Source of the DNA: Lepidodermella squamata
Lineage: Eukaryota; Animalia; Gastrotricha
DNA: 64,000 nt
Direction of reading: 5' to 3'
NCBI GenBank assembly: GCA_047495785.1
Contig: JBLDXI010000009.1
Coordinates: forward strand, 4,588,001 to 4,652,000
Within the stretch, counting starts at the first letter, position 1; every line of letters starts with the position of its first letter. The notes below the pieces were generated by a model that had not been told where the DNA came from, did no database searches, and saw only the letters and a list, made by a program, of their open reading frames with translations. Position numbers and translations under genes: made by a program. Shown piece after piece: positions 1 through 10,837 of this stretch.

Positions 1-1221
1 CCTTCTTCAGGGTCTGGATTAGAAGCGGCTTCTGCATAGCGTTCGTCTTCGCGGCGGACCATCTGTGAAGCACTCGGTTCATTTACGTTAAAACGTGAGT
101 TATCAGGATCAGAATCATTCGAGCGAGGTAAGCTACGTCTTAATGGACTTCTTGACCGATCGGTATTGTCCAGCTGTAAAACGGATGCTTCCGGGGATGG
201 TATACTCGGTAGATCATCCATTTCACTATTTCCATCGTGAGTTACCGGAGGCTCCTGGAGTAAAACGGCCTGAACGTCATTCACGCGGCCTCGACCTCGA
301 AATCCTCCACGACCGATTCCACGACTTCGTGATCCTCGCGGTCGACCCCTGCTACGCCCTCGAACTACAACATTAGCAGCTTCAGTAACAGCAACAGGGC
401 TTCGAGACGGTCTCGATAATGCAGGGGCTCGACCACGATTGCGACCTGTCCCCCTCGGCCTGCCGCGACGACGAACTGCCGGGGCAACAACTAGCGACTG
501 AGCAGGCAAAGGATCCTCTGGAGGAAAACCACCAGGCCTCATGAGACGTACCAGACGTACGTCTCATGCCAGGCCTTTGATCAGGTTGATCATCATCGTC
601 ATCGTCGAAATATAAGCGAATCAATCTCGGGTTCGCATCGGATAAATCGTCTCGGCAAGATGGACAATTTTCCTGGTCTTTTGAGGAGAAAATTGAAAGG
701 CTATTTCCTATTTCTCAATTTTAAATATAATAATCCTGGGCATCAGATTATGTGATATATTCTACATTGAGTTGGATAAGCCAATAAAGCCCACCCAATA
801 TAATCTAAACTAATCTAAACCCTAAGATTCGTGTATGAACTCAAATTAGAATTTGTGCCATAAATTAAAAATTCGGAATCATTATGACTGGTGAGCTCAA
901 TTTGTTCGCCAGACTGCTTAACTCTCAATTAAAAAAATTTCTAGATTTTTCAAGTTTTTCAAGAAGTTTTTGCGCGCTTTTCTAACTATTTTACAATAAT
1001 TCCTATTCCTTATTAGCTAGTACAAACCTTAAAACTACAGTTAAACCAAAATAGAAAGAATACGAACCTTCCAGCCATCTTTGAATACACGTTTCGCAAA
1101 ATACGTGGCCGCAGAGCGTTGCGGTCGGATTATTAACCCTTTCTTTACAGATAGGGCACCGGACTGCTGTGGCGACATTTAAGAACAAGAGACAAAGCAA
1201 AGCTACCACCAGTGGTCGCAT
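1..1221 (-). CDS. RING-HC (C3HC4) finger protein with hydrophobic N-terminus and AT-hook/RGG-rich tail; frameshifted by a 37-bp insertion; 3' end runs off the window
   Basis: Exon 1 is 1221-1068 (MRPLVVALLCLLFLNVATAVRCPIC..CGHVFCETC..WLE, GT donor at 1067). Exon 2 starts at about 677 (DQENCPSCR completes the RING). Removing 532-568 leaves an open frame to base 1 encoding RRRGRPRG, RGRSRGRPRGS and GRGGFRGRG. Confidence 0.75.
532..576. mobile_element. 29-bp hairpin micro-MITE with 8-bp TSD (hAT-like)
   Basis: TSD ccaggcct at 532-539 and 569-576. Perfect 12-bp TIRs catgagacgtac (540-551) and gtacgtctcatg (557-568). Confidence 0.8.
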
Positions 1222-1830
1222 TGCGATATCAATTAACAGTAATGAAAAGTTGAGTGGATAATTTGTTCACGAATTAATTTTCAAAAATTTCAAAAAGTGG
1301 GAGAGATGGAATTTTGCGTTCGGAGCGGCGCCCATTTTCTCGAACTTTCTCAAATTGTCACTTGGCGTCATGTGGCTATATACGTCATGTTTATGACGTC
1401 TCGCGCCAGCGAGGTTTCGAGAAGGCAATTCCAAAGCGATAATTTTACTGAGTCATTTGCTACTTGAACCTTTAGATTGGCATTCTAATTTCTCCTTTGC
1501 CAACGCAAAAGCAAATGTAACCAATTGGTAACCATTGAATATGTTGCTTAGCCAATCCGCTTTCTTTCGCGGTAGCACCAATACACCGATTGGCCAGTTT
1601 ATACGACGAACAATAAGTATTACAGAAATATTAATTGAATAGCAATATACCGACAAAATAATAACATAATTTAAATGTCATAATTTTGTTAAGACCTGGT
1701 AAGACTAATTATAAGAACTTCATAAAAATTATAATTATTATAACTAATTTAGCAAATAAAAAATTATTTCTAATTTTTTTTAATTTTATTAAATAATTTT
1801 TATTAAATTTTGCTCAGTTGTCGTTTGATC

Positions 1831-2366
1831 CGTGGGGCGTCAACTCATCCGCGGTCAACTCGTCCGCGACAACTCATCCGCGACAACTCGTCCAGCGACA
1901 ACTCATCCGAAATTAAATAAATATTTAAATAATTATTTTTAGTGACAACTCATCCGGTGACAACTGGCCCGGCCCGGCCGACGTGTCGCGGATGAGTTGT
2001 CACTAAAATTAAATAATTAATTAATTTTTAATTATTTTAATTCTTGGACAACTCGTCCACGGACAAGTCATCCGCGACAACTCATCCTCAATTTACTAAC
2101 TCGTGTTATATTTCGAATTTTGGATGAGTTGACCGTGGACGAGTTGTCCAAGAATTAAAAATTAATTAAAAATTAATTAATTATTTAATTTTAGTGACAA
2201 CTCATCCGCGACACGTCGGCCGGGCCGGGCCAGTTGACACCGGATGAGTTGTCACTAAAAATAATTATTTAAATATTTATTTAATTTCGGATGAGTTGTC
2301 GCTGGACGAGTTGTCGCGGATGAGTTGTCACCGGATGACTTGTCGCGGACGAGTTGACATTTCACC
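1831..2366. mobile_element. Foldback/MITE with subterminal GACAACTC(A/G)TCC repeats
   Basis: Long palindromic arms flanked by the direct repeat (c)gtttgatc at 1822-1830 and 2366-2374. It is inserted in another repeat (tttgctcagttgtcgtttgatc, recurring at about 2425 and 2476). Confidence 0.8.
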
Positions 2367-3159
2367 GTTTGATCAAATGACGCTTTTAAATTTAAAAATA
2401 AATAAATAATTATTTAATTTAAAATTTGCTCAGTTGTCGTTTGATCACTTGTCGCTTTTAAATTTAAAAATTTATTTTGCTCAGTTGTCGTTTGATCAAT
2501 TGTCGTTGCGCAAATGTCGTTGATCAGTTGTCGTTTGCGCAAATGTCGGCATACGAAATGGACGATTTTTCGTAATTAAAATAGATTTTACATTTTTATG
2601 GATTTTATCGAATTTTCAAATTTGAAGGTGATTAATCTTAATGTTCATAGGTTAACAGGTCTCAAAGACTAAAATTGAAATAAGAGACGATTTATTCCTT
2701 AAAATTTACGAGGTATAATTGATGGGAATTTCATGCGGAAAAATTCGGGAAATTTAGCCTAATTTTCTAATATTATTATTATTGACACACAATGAGGCAC
2801 GCAACTTCAGGTAAATTCGGCTTAAAAGAGACAGGGTGTTTACAGGTATTTTCAAAATGACGCGTTTGCGTGTTGCCAAAAACTTGTTGTTGGCCCGAGA
2901 ATTTACTACGTCTCAAAAATTAGGCGATTTTTATGCGATTTATATTGAACAGCAGCGGCGATATTGACAGCCGGCCAACACCATGGTTTAGGACCGCAAA
3001 ATTAGGCATAAAAATGGTCGAAGAGAAGTGAAGGTTAGCCCTAGCTGTGAAATTAGTACTATCGAAAAGTCCTTAACAAATCAAGGCATGTCCTTGAAAT
3101 GAGAAAAACCGCTATTCAAGCGTGAATTACAGCGAAAAAAATTGGTGCCGCACATAAAT

Positions 3160-3466
3160 ACGAAGAAGAAGAAGAAGAAGAAAAAGAAGAACCTAAATAG
3201 GATGACAAAAATGATGATAGCCGTGTTGTTATGGACAACTTTGATAATAAGACTATCATAATGCGAAACTGTCATCATGATAATAGCCGATGTGATCGTC
3301 ATCATTACGTGCCGTTGACAACAACAAAACAGGCCAAATTGAGATGAAGAAGACGAAGACGGCGACGAAAAATCCAATCGCTTTCCGAAAAATACTAATA
3401 ATAGTAATGCGTTATTATTATTACGTTTTTCAGGGAGGAAATATTTTCGGGTTTTGTTACTGTCTA

Positions 3467-3499
<33 letters not shown>

Positions 3500-3500
3500 G
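3160..3500. repeat. Microsatellites (GAA)n and (ATT)n in low-complexity DNA
   Basis: gaagaagaag run at 3162-3190 and attattatt run at about 3469-3498. Confidence 0.7.
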
Positions 3501-4628
3501 AAAATTCGCTGTCATGTTTTGTAGACGATTTTTTGTGCCATGTAGCGATGACAACAACAATGGGCGACTGTTATATTAGATAATAATAGCCGCGCGCGCG
3601 CGAGCGAGCGGCCGCAATGATTCGCGAAAAGTAAATTTAGTGCGAGATCAATTGAGCATGCGCAATGCGCGCGCGTTCGCCCGGCACGCGGCCACTCAAG
3701 TGAAAAGTGGCGACTACAATTTTTCGCCCATCACGTCGCTACAGACCCGGCGAAATCTACGCAACTCAACGCGCCGCATCGATTGATACATGTCTGTAAT
3801 AACGTGAAAAAATTCGACTTTTCACTTGACAATCGCGATGGCAATAATAATAATAGTAATAATAATAAAAATTGAGGCGGATTTCTTTTTCCTCCGCGCC
3901 ATCCTAATTTTTTCGTCTTCTCCAGACAAGATAGACGCGTCCCTGTGCGTGCGACACGCGCGTGCATATTAGCGAGCGCGCAACGCGTGTTTTTGGTTTA
4001 TAGCGATCATCACCAGTTTCTCATTTTTCGCGTGTAAGTATCAGCCGGCGTATACACATACATCCCTCTTGCTCTACCAGCGCGTGTCGGTAATAATAAT
4101 CCGGCACGCTCAACTCCTCTGTGGCTGTGTTTCCTATTCTTGCTTTTTATTCGCAAAAGACTCGGCCGGATGCGCGTGTCAACGCTGGTTTTTATTAAGT
4201 GCGCGTATAAAAATCTTGATCATTCGCGAGCTCAATTTTAACAAATACAACTATTATAAGGTGGTGTGCGCCAAAAATAGCCGATGCGCATCGGGGCCCA
4301 CGCACTGAAATTGATATATTATGCTCATCAACCGGCAACCGGCTGTGAAAACGCCATATGCTTAAATAATGCGTAAATTTCTATGCACTTGCTTGAGAAA
4401 AAACGCGACTTATTTTTAGAATTTCTCATTTTTCAAGCTGACCTAAGGGATTCTCCAATATAAAAAAATCACGAGTTTTGAAGAAAAATAATCGCACTAA
4501 AATAAAAGTCGCCCTTGACAATATAATGAAAAATAAAAATTTATTACGAAAGTCACTGAAGCGAAAAATGTCTGCCGACCTGGAATCACTGAGGCGGAAC
4601 AACAGAAAACTTTATTTTAATTGAAAAA

Positions 4629-6636
4629 TCACAGCGGCTCTAAATCATCATCACTTTCTTCTTCGCCATCATCATCCTCGGATGGACTTTGACTTTCGAA
4701 TGAGCTCGATACATTATCGTCCTCGCCCTCCTCGAAATTTTCATTCACCGAGCCGGATATTTCGAAAGTTGGAGCTGAGTGAGCAACAGTCTGTTCGACA
4801 GCTGCTGTTATTTCCATGCTATTAGTCGGCAGACTTTGAGTCGATGAATCATGGTTTTGTCCAGAAACTGGGTCAACTTTATACTCCAATCCACCGCGCG
4901 TAATTGTCGACCGCCTTTCGCCGTCATACAGACTGCTAAACGTCGATCGGCGGATGAATCGGTTTTGAAAACGGGTCTGAATTCTTTCAACACTGCTCTT
5001 CGTCATTCGGTCGATAATACTTTGAATTGTGCTGATAAAGGACGCGACGAAAGCCATGCCGAAGAAAATCCAGAAGCATAGGAAAATTCGGTAGACCTCG
5101 TAGTAGTATTTCGGAGTTTGACCTGCGACGTAGTCACCGAAGCCAATCGTCGATAGGGTGACAAAACTGTAATACAAACTCGTTACATAATCCCAGCCCT
5201 CGAGATTGGAGAATAGAATTGAGGGTAATAATAGGAAAAGAGCCATGCCGACGATTGAAATGATCAAGGCGGACATGAGGGCGGCAAATCTGCGCTGGCG
5301 CCGCTCGCGCTTTCGCCGTCTCATGATTTGCTCTTCGTCATCATGTGACGAAGTCGGGTCGGCTCGCTCGCGGCGGTGGCGTATAGCCATGGCGCAGCGG
5401 TTCGTGCACCTTGCAACGCGGTCTGCGAATCGATTCAGCAGCTTGCCCATATTATTGATGACAATTAGTGTGAGCGGGATGCCGATGGTAGCGAATATTA
5501 CACAAATTAGCCGGCCAGTGTCTGAAATACAAAAAATGTAAGAAGCGCATGAAAATCCTTCACTAAACTCTGAACTTGAAGGGCTCTTATTGTCCTCCTT
5601 GGGGTACGTTTTTAAAGATGAATGCTGAATGCTGATTTTCCTTAACATTTTCCCAAACTAAAGTGTTTTGTTGCGAAGATATACTTTGCAAGTTTTCGAG
5701 AGCATCTCCGATCATTTATAAGCGATTTGACAGAATAATTCAACTTTTAATGCTTAAAAACCGGAAAAATCGATGGGGACCGAACAAGTTACCATTAGGA
5801 CGAAATATGAAGGCGGCTTTGTACGCTAACTGCGAACATTTTTCAAAGGAATAACTCAAAGTTGTTCCTGGCATTCTCCTGGTTCCTAACATTGTCTCTC
5901 ATTTTAGACTTTCTGATCCATTTATGCCGCTACCCACTATTTCCAATGGTTGTGTTACTTATGGGACACACTTCGGGAATTTATCAATTAATGCGTTAAT
6001 AGGTTAATATGTTTGCTAGAAGAATCGCCTTTTACCTGTTTCTGGTGCGTAATTGCCATACCCAATGGTTGTAACCACGGTGATGCAGAAAAATACCGAA
6101 CCAGTTAAATCCCATTTCGGCAGAGTCTGCTTAGTTTTGCACCCCGAGCCACCCGTCGTTGGCACCAAGTCGCCGTTTGTTGTCAAATTTTTCACGGCCG
6201 AGTCTGGCAATAGCCGAACAACAATACCAGTTTCGGTAATGTTGACCAGCTCATAACTGGTTACAAATTTTTGAAAAACTGTCAAAATCGCTTCGGTGAG
6301 GTTGATGTTTTTGAGATCAATGTCCAGTGTGATCAAATCATTTTTCGGCGTTGTTGATGTTGTTGGCGCCTGAGTAGTGGTCGCCATACGTTCCTGCTCG
6401 GCCGGGTGTTCAACCAGATAGAAAACCCACATTCCACCAATCAACCATAATATCATAAGGGAAAAGGATAGGAAATAGCTGACGAAACCAGCTGTTGGCC
6501 TGCAGCGTTTCCTCCGCCGTGAACTGCAGCATCGAGCTTCTCGCTGGGGTTCCTCGGAGAACGTGACACCTCGCTGCCGAGTTTCGTTAATGACATTGTT
6601 CGAACTCTGTATTACATCTTTCGATGAATTCTCCAT
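4629..6636 (-). CDS. Two-pore-domain potassium channel (K2P/KCNK family)
   Basis: Exon 1 is 6636-6036 (TM1, cap, pore 1 TTIGYG). Intron 6035-5522 is GT-AG. Exon 2 is 5521-4629 (GIPL motif, pore 2 STIGFGD, TM4, acidic tail). The spliced junction reads YAPETDTGR. Confidence 0.93.
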
Positions 6637-7350
6637 TTTAAACAAAGTACAAGCAAGTAAAATAACAAGTGCGATAATTATCGCAGCTTTTTCAGAGCTT
6701 GCCAACTTTTTTAGTAGGCGGAGTGTAGTGAGTTGGTATATCTTGTGGGAAAAAATAACACTGTAGATAACACTGTTTGACTTGATAACAACTAAAAGAG
6801 TGACGCTGCATTGCTAGGGCCTGATTTGCTTTCTGGAATTAAGGAATGGCTTCAAGGATTCCAAATGATTCCTCACTTAATTCCTAAGTCAGGAAAATCC
6901 TCCGATAATTAGTAGGGCTAGTGAATTAACTTGGAATGACAATCCGTTAACCAAAACGAATAAGCCACATTTTGTCAGCCTTCATCATTCATATATAACC
7001 ATCGCGAATTCCCCGAACATTTACCGGGGAATGGGGTGCATTTGGCTTGCCAAAAATGTAAAATGATTTTTTGCAAGAAACAATTTATTAAAACTCCATC
7101 ACCATATCTATTCTCTACGTACATTCCAAAACAACAGCCAGAAGCGGTAAACCTTAAAACCGAAAAGCAAGCATACCGCAGTATCACATGAAGTAAATGG
7201 CTCCACATCAATCTGCTCATCAAATCACGACTTCATCCGCAGCCAAATCATTAATATTCAAGTTAAATATTCTGATTCTTGCTGAGGTTAGGAACCGTCG
7301 GATTTTTTGAGGTTGGCCGATTTGAGTTCCTAAATAACGAACTAATATGA

Positions 7351-8247
7351 CTAGCGGGAATTCTCCTCAGCTTCTTCCTCGCGGGAAAATGGTTTCTTCT
7401 TACTGTTTTGGTGCTTCAAAATGTCCAGGAAATCCATGCGGGCATTCTCCTCAGCTTCTTCCTCGCGGGAAAAGGGTTTCTTCTTACTGTTTTGGTGCTT
7501 CAAAATGTCCAGGAAATCCATGCGGGCATTCTCCTCAGCTTCTTCCTCGCGGGAAAAGGGTTTCTTCTTACTGTTTTGGTGCTTCAAAATGTCCAGGAAA
7601 TCCATGCGGGCATTCTCCTCAGCTTCTTCCTCGCGGGAAAATGGTTTCTTCTTACTGTTTTGGTGCTTCAAAATGTCCAGGAAATCCATGCGGGCATTCT
7701 CCTCAGCTTCTTCCTCGCGGGAAAAGGGTTTCTTCTTACTGTTTTGGTGCTTCAAAATGTCCAGGAAATCCATGCGGGCATTCTCCTCAGCTTCTTCCTC
7801 GCGGGAAAAGGGTTTCTTCTTACTATTTTGGTGCTTCAAAATGTCCAGGAAATCCATGCGGGCATTCTCCTCAGCTTCTTCCTCGCGGGAAAAGGGTTTC
7901 TTCTTACTGTTTTGGTGCTTCAAAATGTCCAGGAAATCCATGCGGGCATTCTCCTCAGCTTCTTCCTCGCGGGAAAAGGGTTTCTTCTTACTATTTTGGT
8001 GCTTCAAAATGTCCAGGAAATCCATGCGGGCATTCTCCTCAGCTTCTTCCTCGCGGGAAAATGGTTTCCTCCGGACATTGTATCCAGCGTGTTGCATAGC
8101 GTCGAGGAAAGCATCGCGGGAATTCTCCTGGAGAGCTTCAGTCTCCAACAAGGCGATGGAAGCCTAAAGTGAGAAATGATATGATTGAATGAATTCGGTG
8201 CTGCAATTTTTTACCAGAATGCTGATTATCGATAGGAGCTTGGTCAT
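7351..8247 (-). CDS. Secreted multi-copy peptide precursor A (one DAFLDAMQHAGYNVRRKPFS plus 8 x MDFLDILKHQNSKKKPFS)
   Basis: Exon 1 is 8247-8215 (MTKLLSIISIL), followed by a 51-nt GT-AG intron and exon 2 at 8163-7351. Signal peptide is followed by 28-aa/84-bp repeats with REEEAEENAR linkers. Differences among the eight full repeats are synonymous in this frame only. Confidence 0.9.
7354..8068. repeat. 84-bp coding tandem repeat, about 8.5 copies
   Basis: Directly visible repeat unit attctcctcagcttcttcctcgcgggaaa... Confidence 0.95.
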
Positions 8248-8322
8248 TGCTAAAATTTGAAAACTAGGTGCCGAATATTACAGAGGAAAATTGAAAAGTG
8301 AAATTCTTATCCGCGAGGGGGC

Positions 8323-8424
8323 AATTTATAGGCGCTTGTCAACGGTGCACTGGCACCTGAGTTGACACGGATGCGAAATAATTCCACCACGTGGTGAATA
8401 TCGCCGAATTTTCGCTCACGTGAA
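8323..8424 (-). promoter_or_regulatory. TATA box (GCGCCTATAAATT) and CACGTG E-boxes of precursor A
   Basis: A 13-mer identical to the one upstream of precursor B, 76 bp from the ATG. CACGTG occurs at about 8388 and 8417. Confidence 0.65.
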
Positions 8425-9782
8425 AAATTATTTTCCGATGTGTGCTTTGGCAGGTGAAGTTTCATCGGCAAAAACAAGCTTATATTTTTGATGCTAAAAC
8501 CTCCACTAAGGCAATATATGCACTCATTATGACAAAACCGAACTCGATTGATGCTCATGGCGGTGCAGCGGCATATTAATTGGCGCCGAGAGATATTCAC
8601 GTGAATAAGATCCGAGCAGCTGGTAGGTGGTAGCAGGTGGATCTTTTTCACGAAAACATGTTTACCGGTTGAACTAACGTAGGCGAGGACAATGTGCGCG
8701 ATCGGTTGCGTGATTAACCGAACTCATCTACCCAATATTCAGATCCAGCGTCGTGGGTGCTAAGTGCCGTGAGGCAATAGGCCGTAATAATAAAGTCTTG
8801 TTCGTGCCAAGACCATTCAAATCCCTGTTCTACAGCTCTCAGTTCAAAGATCTTCGTCATGCCTCTTGCCTCCATCTGGAATAAACAGATTAATAGTGAA
8901 AACAGATTGGAATAAACAGATTAATAGTGAAAACAGATCTTTCAGAAGTCAAGATCGTGTTAGCTGGTTAGAACATGGTGCTACCTGTTTTATTGGGCTT
9001 GTTTGGAGTCAGTTTATAATAACAATAACAGTGCACTAGCACTCGTTGCAATATTGATATCCTCGCCTTCAGAAGAATTGCATGGTACTTTTCTTTGAAG
9101 CTTCAGAAGTGTCACGGTTTAGTGGTGCTGCAGTTAAAGTTGAGGGCAATTTTTCTAAAGAACCATTTCCCCTTTATTCGATTGAGCAAAAAACGAGTCG
9201 GCGTGGTCGAGTTCACTCAAGTGTTTATTCAAGGCGTTTATCTTAGAGGAATCTTAATTTCCCCTGGCTGCGTCTTTCACCATTGATTGCTTCTCCGCTT
9301 GGCTTCTAAGCTTTCGCTTCCTTGATAGATGCAGATCCAGTATAAATGGATAAATAATTTTCCTTTCTTTTGATGTTTAACGTAAAATTAGCATAATCAT
9401 GATCGCCTATATTATCTTCGACATCGCCGGTTGACTTGAAGAAAATGAAATGTCAACAGGAAACAGGACTAATCAAAGCTGGGTGATCTGCGGCCAAGGT
9501 CAAAGGAGAAAGGGGAGTAATGGCTGAATTTGGGCAAAATTGATGATTCAACCAACTAGACGATCCGACCGCTCAACCATTCGCTTTCCAGCATCGTAAT
9601 GCCTGAATAAGTCTCAAATTAGCTGCTATTACAAAGTTCAGATTACATCAAGGATCAAAGGATCTCATTGTTTATTCAGAAATTACTAAAACTTGGTAAA
9701 AGCTTAGTAAGAAATAACAATAACTCAGCTGATTTGAGATCCCACATCCAAATAAGCCACAATACTACATCGAGAAAAACAG

Positions 9783-10107
9783 TTAGCTTCCAGGTAGCTT
9801 AACTTTGTTTCCTGGCGTATTCTTGACAGACCAGGTCCAGGATTTCACGCGGGCAGCTTCCTCAGCTTCTTCCTCGCGATGGCTTCCAGGTAGCTTAACT
9901 TTGTTTCCTGGCGTATTCTTGACAGACCAGGTCCAGGAATTCACGCGGGCAGCTTCCTCAGCTTCATCTTCTGCTGCATCAGCTTGCATCGTCCAGATGA
10001 CGGTTATTGCCTTAAAACAAAAACAATTGATATGGAATATTGATGAACATATTTCTTGCTCGATGTGAGCTAACCAAAAGACCGGTGATCAGAAGGAACT
10101 TGTTCAT
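9783..10107 (-). CDS. Secreted peptide precursor B (2 x V[N/K]SWTWSVKNTPGNKVKLPGS[H])
   Basis: Exon 1 is 10107-10075 (MNKFLLITGLL), followed by a 64-nt GT-AG intron and exon 2 at 10010-9783. Contains a signal peptide, a 96-bp repeat and the linker REEEAEEAAR. Confidence 0.88.
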
Positions 10108-10183
10108 TGCCTGAGACTTGAATTCGAAAAATTGGGTTGATATGATAAAGAAACAAATTGAATATTCTGCTATCTGAGAGTCG

Positions 10184-10270
10184 AATTTATAGGCGCACCA
10201 ATGCTTCGCGTCGACATCTGAATAGACATTAGGGAAGATCTGACGTCATTTGGCTAATTCTTCACGTGAA
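10184..10270 (-). promoter_or_regulatory. TATA box (GCGCCTATAAATT), CRE (TGACGTCA) and E-box of precursor B
   Basis: 13-mer at 10184-10196, 77 bp from the ATG. tgacgtca at 10241-10248 and tcacgtgaa at 10262-10270. Confidence 0.65.
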
Positions 10271-10837
10271 AACTATTCGTTAAATAACACTTAATATCAT
10301 GAATTATCTTCAAATTCACTGCTATAGCAAATACGCTTGATTATTGGTTTAGCAGGACGAATTTTTGGCAAAAACAACTACTGAAAGGAGGGAAATGAGT
10401 GCAAACCTATCCCTAGGACAATAAGTGAATTGCTGTCAGCTCGCAACCGTAGACCATAGATTCAATGGTCAGAAAACAGGTCAGGGAACTCGAGGTTTCA
10501 AATGTTCTCATTCTTCTGGGCACCATCACCTATAGACCCTTGCGAGGGGTGAATAACTTCGCGAGACATTCAAGGCTTTGTTAGAGTTTAAGATTTCAAG
10601 GATGAAAACTGAAGAAACAGAGGTGATTACGCAGCACAGCAGCATCATTTCAGTCGAACGATGTCATGAGTTCTTCACGTCAAACGTCAGAGGCCTTGAC
10701 CATTCTTGATCTTACCTCCTTACTTTCCCAGTTTTTTCAGTTTTTGAATTTAATTTCCTTATTTTCGGGATTTATTAAAAAGAAATGTCGACTTGACCAT
10801 TCACAAATACATGAACACCTGGAACTGAAGGTCAAAT

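Noticed and set aside
382-540. Cys-rich C-terminus (…SCCPG…PCCCY) of the ORF 382-624
   Set aside because: It is the out-of-frame product of the 37-bp insertion; the alternative frame stays open to the window edge.
3081-3967. Poly-Ile/Leu/Phe ORFs
   Set aside because: These arise from microsatellites and have no domain signal.
7347-8172. Three long plus-strand ORFs over the 84-bp repeat, or a CRISPR-like array
   Set aside because: The ORFs are shadows of a stop-free repeat. Variation is synonymous only on the minus strand, which also has the signal exon and promoter. There are no unique spacers, so this is not CRISPR.
8878-8939. 31-bp direct duplication upstream of precursor A
   Set aside because: It is a simple local tandem duplication with no evidence of function.
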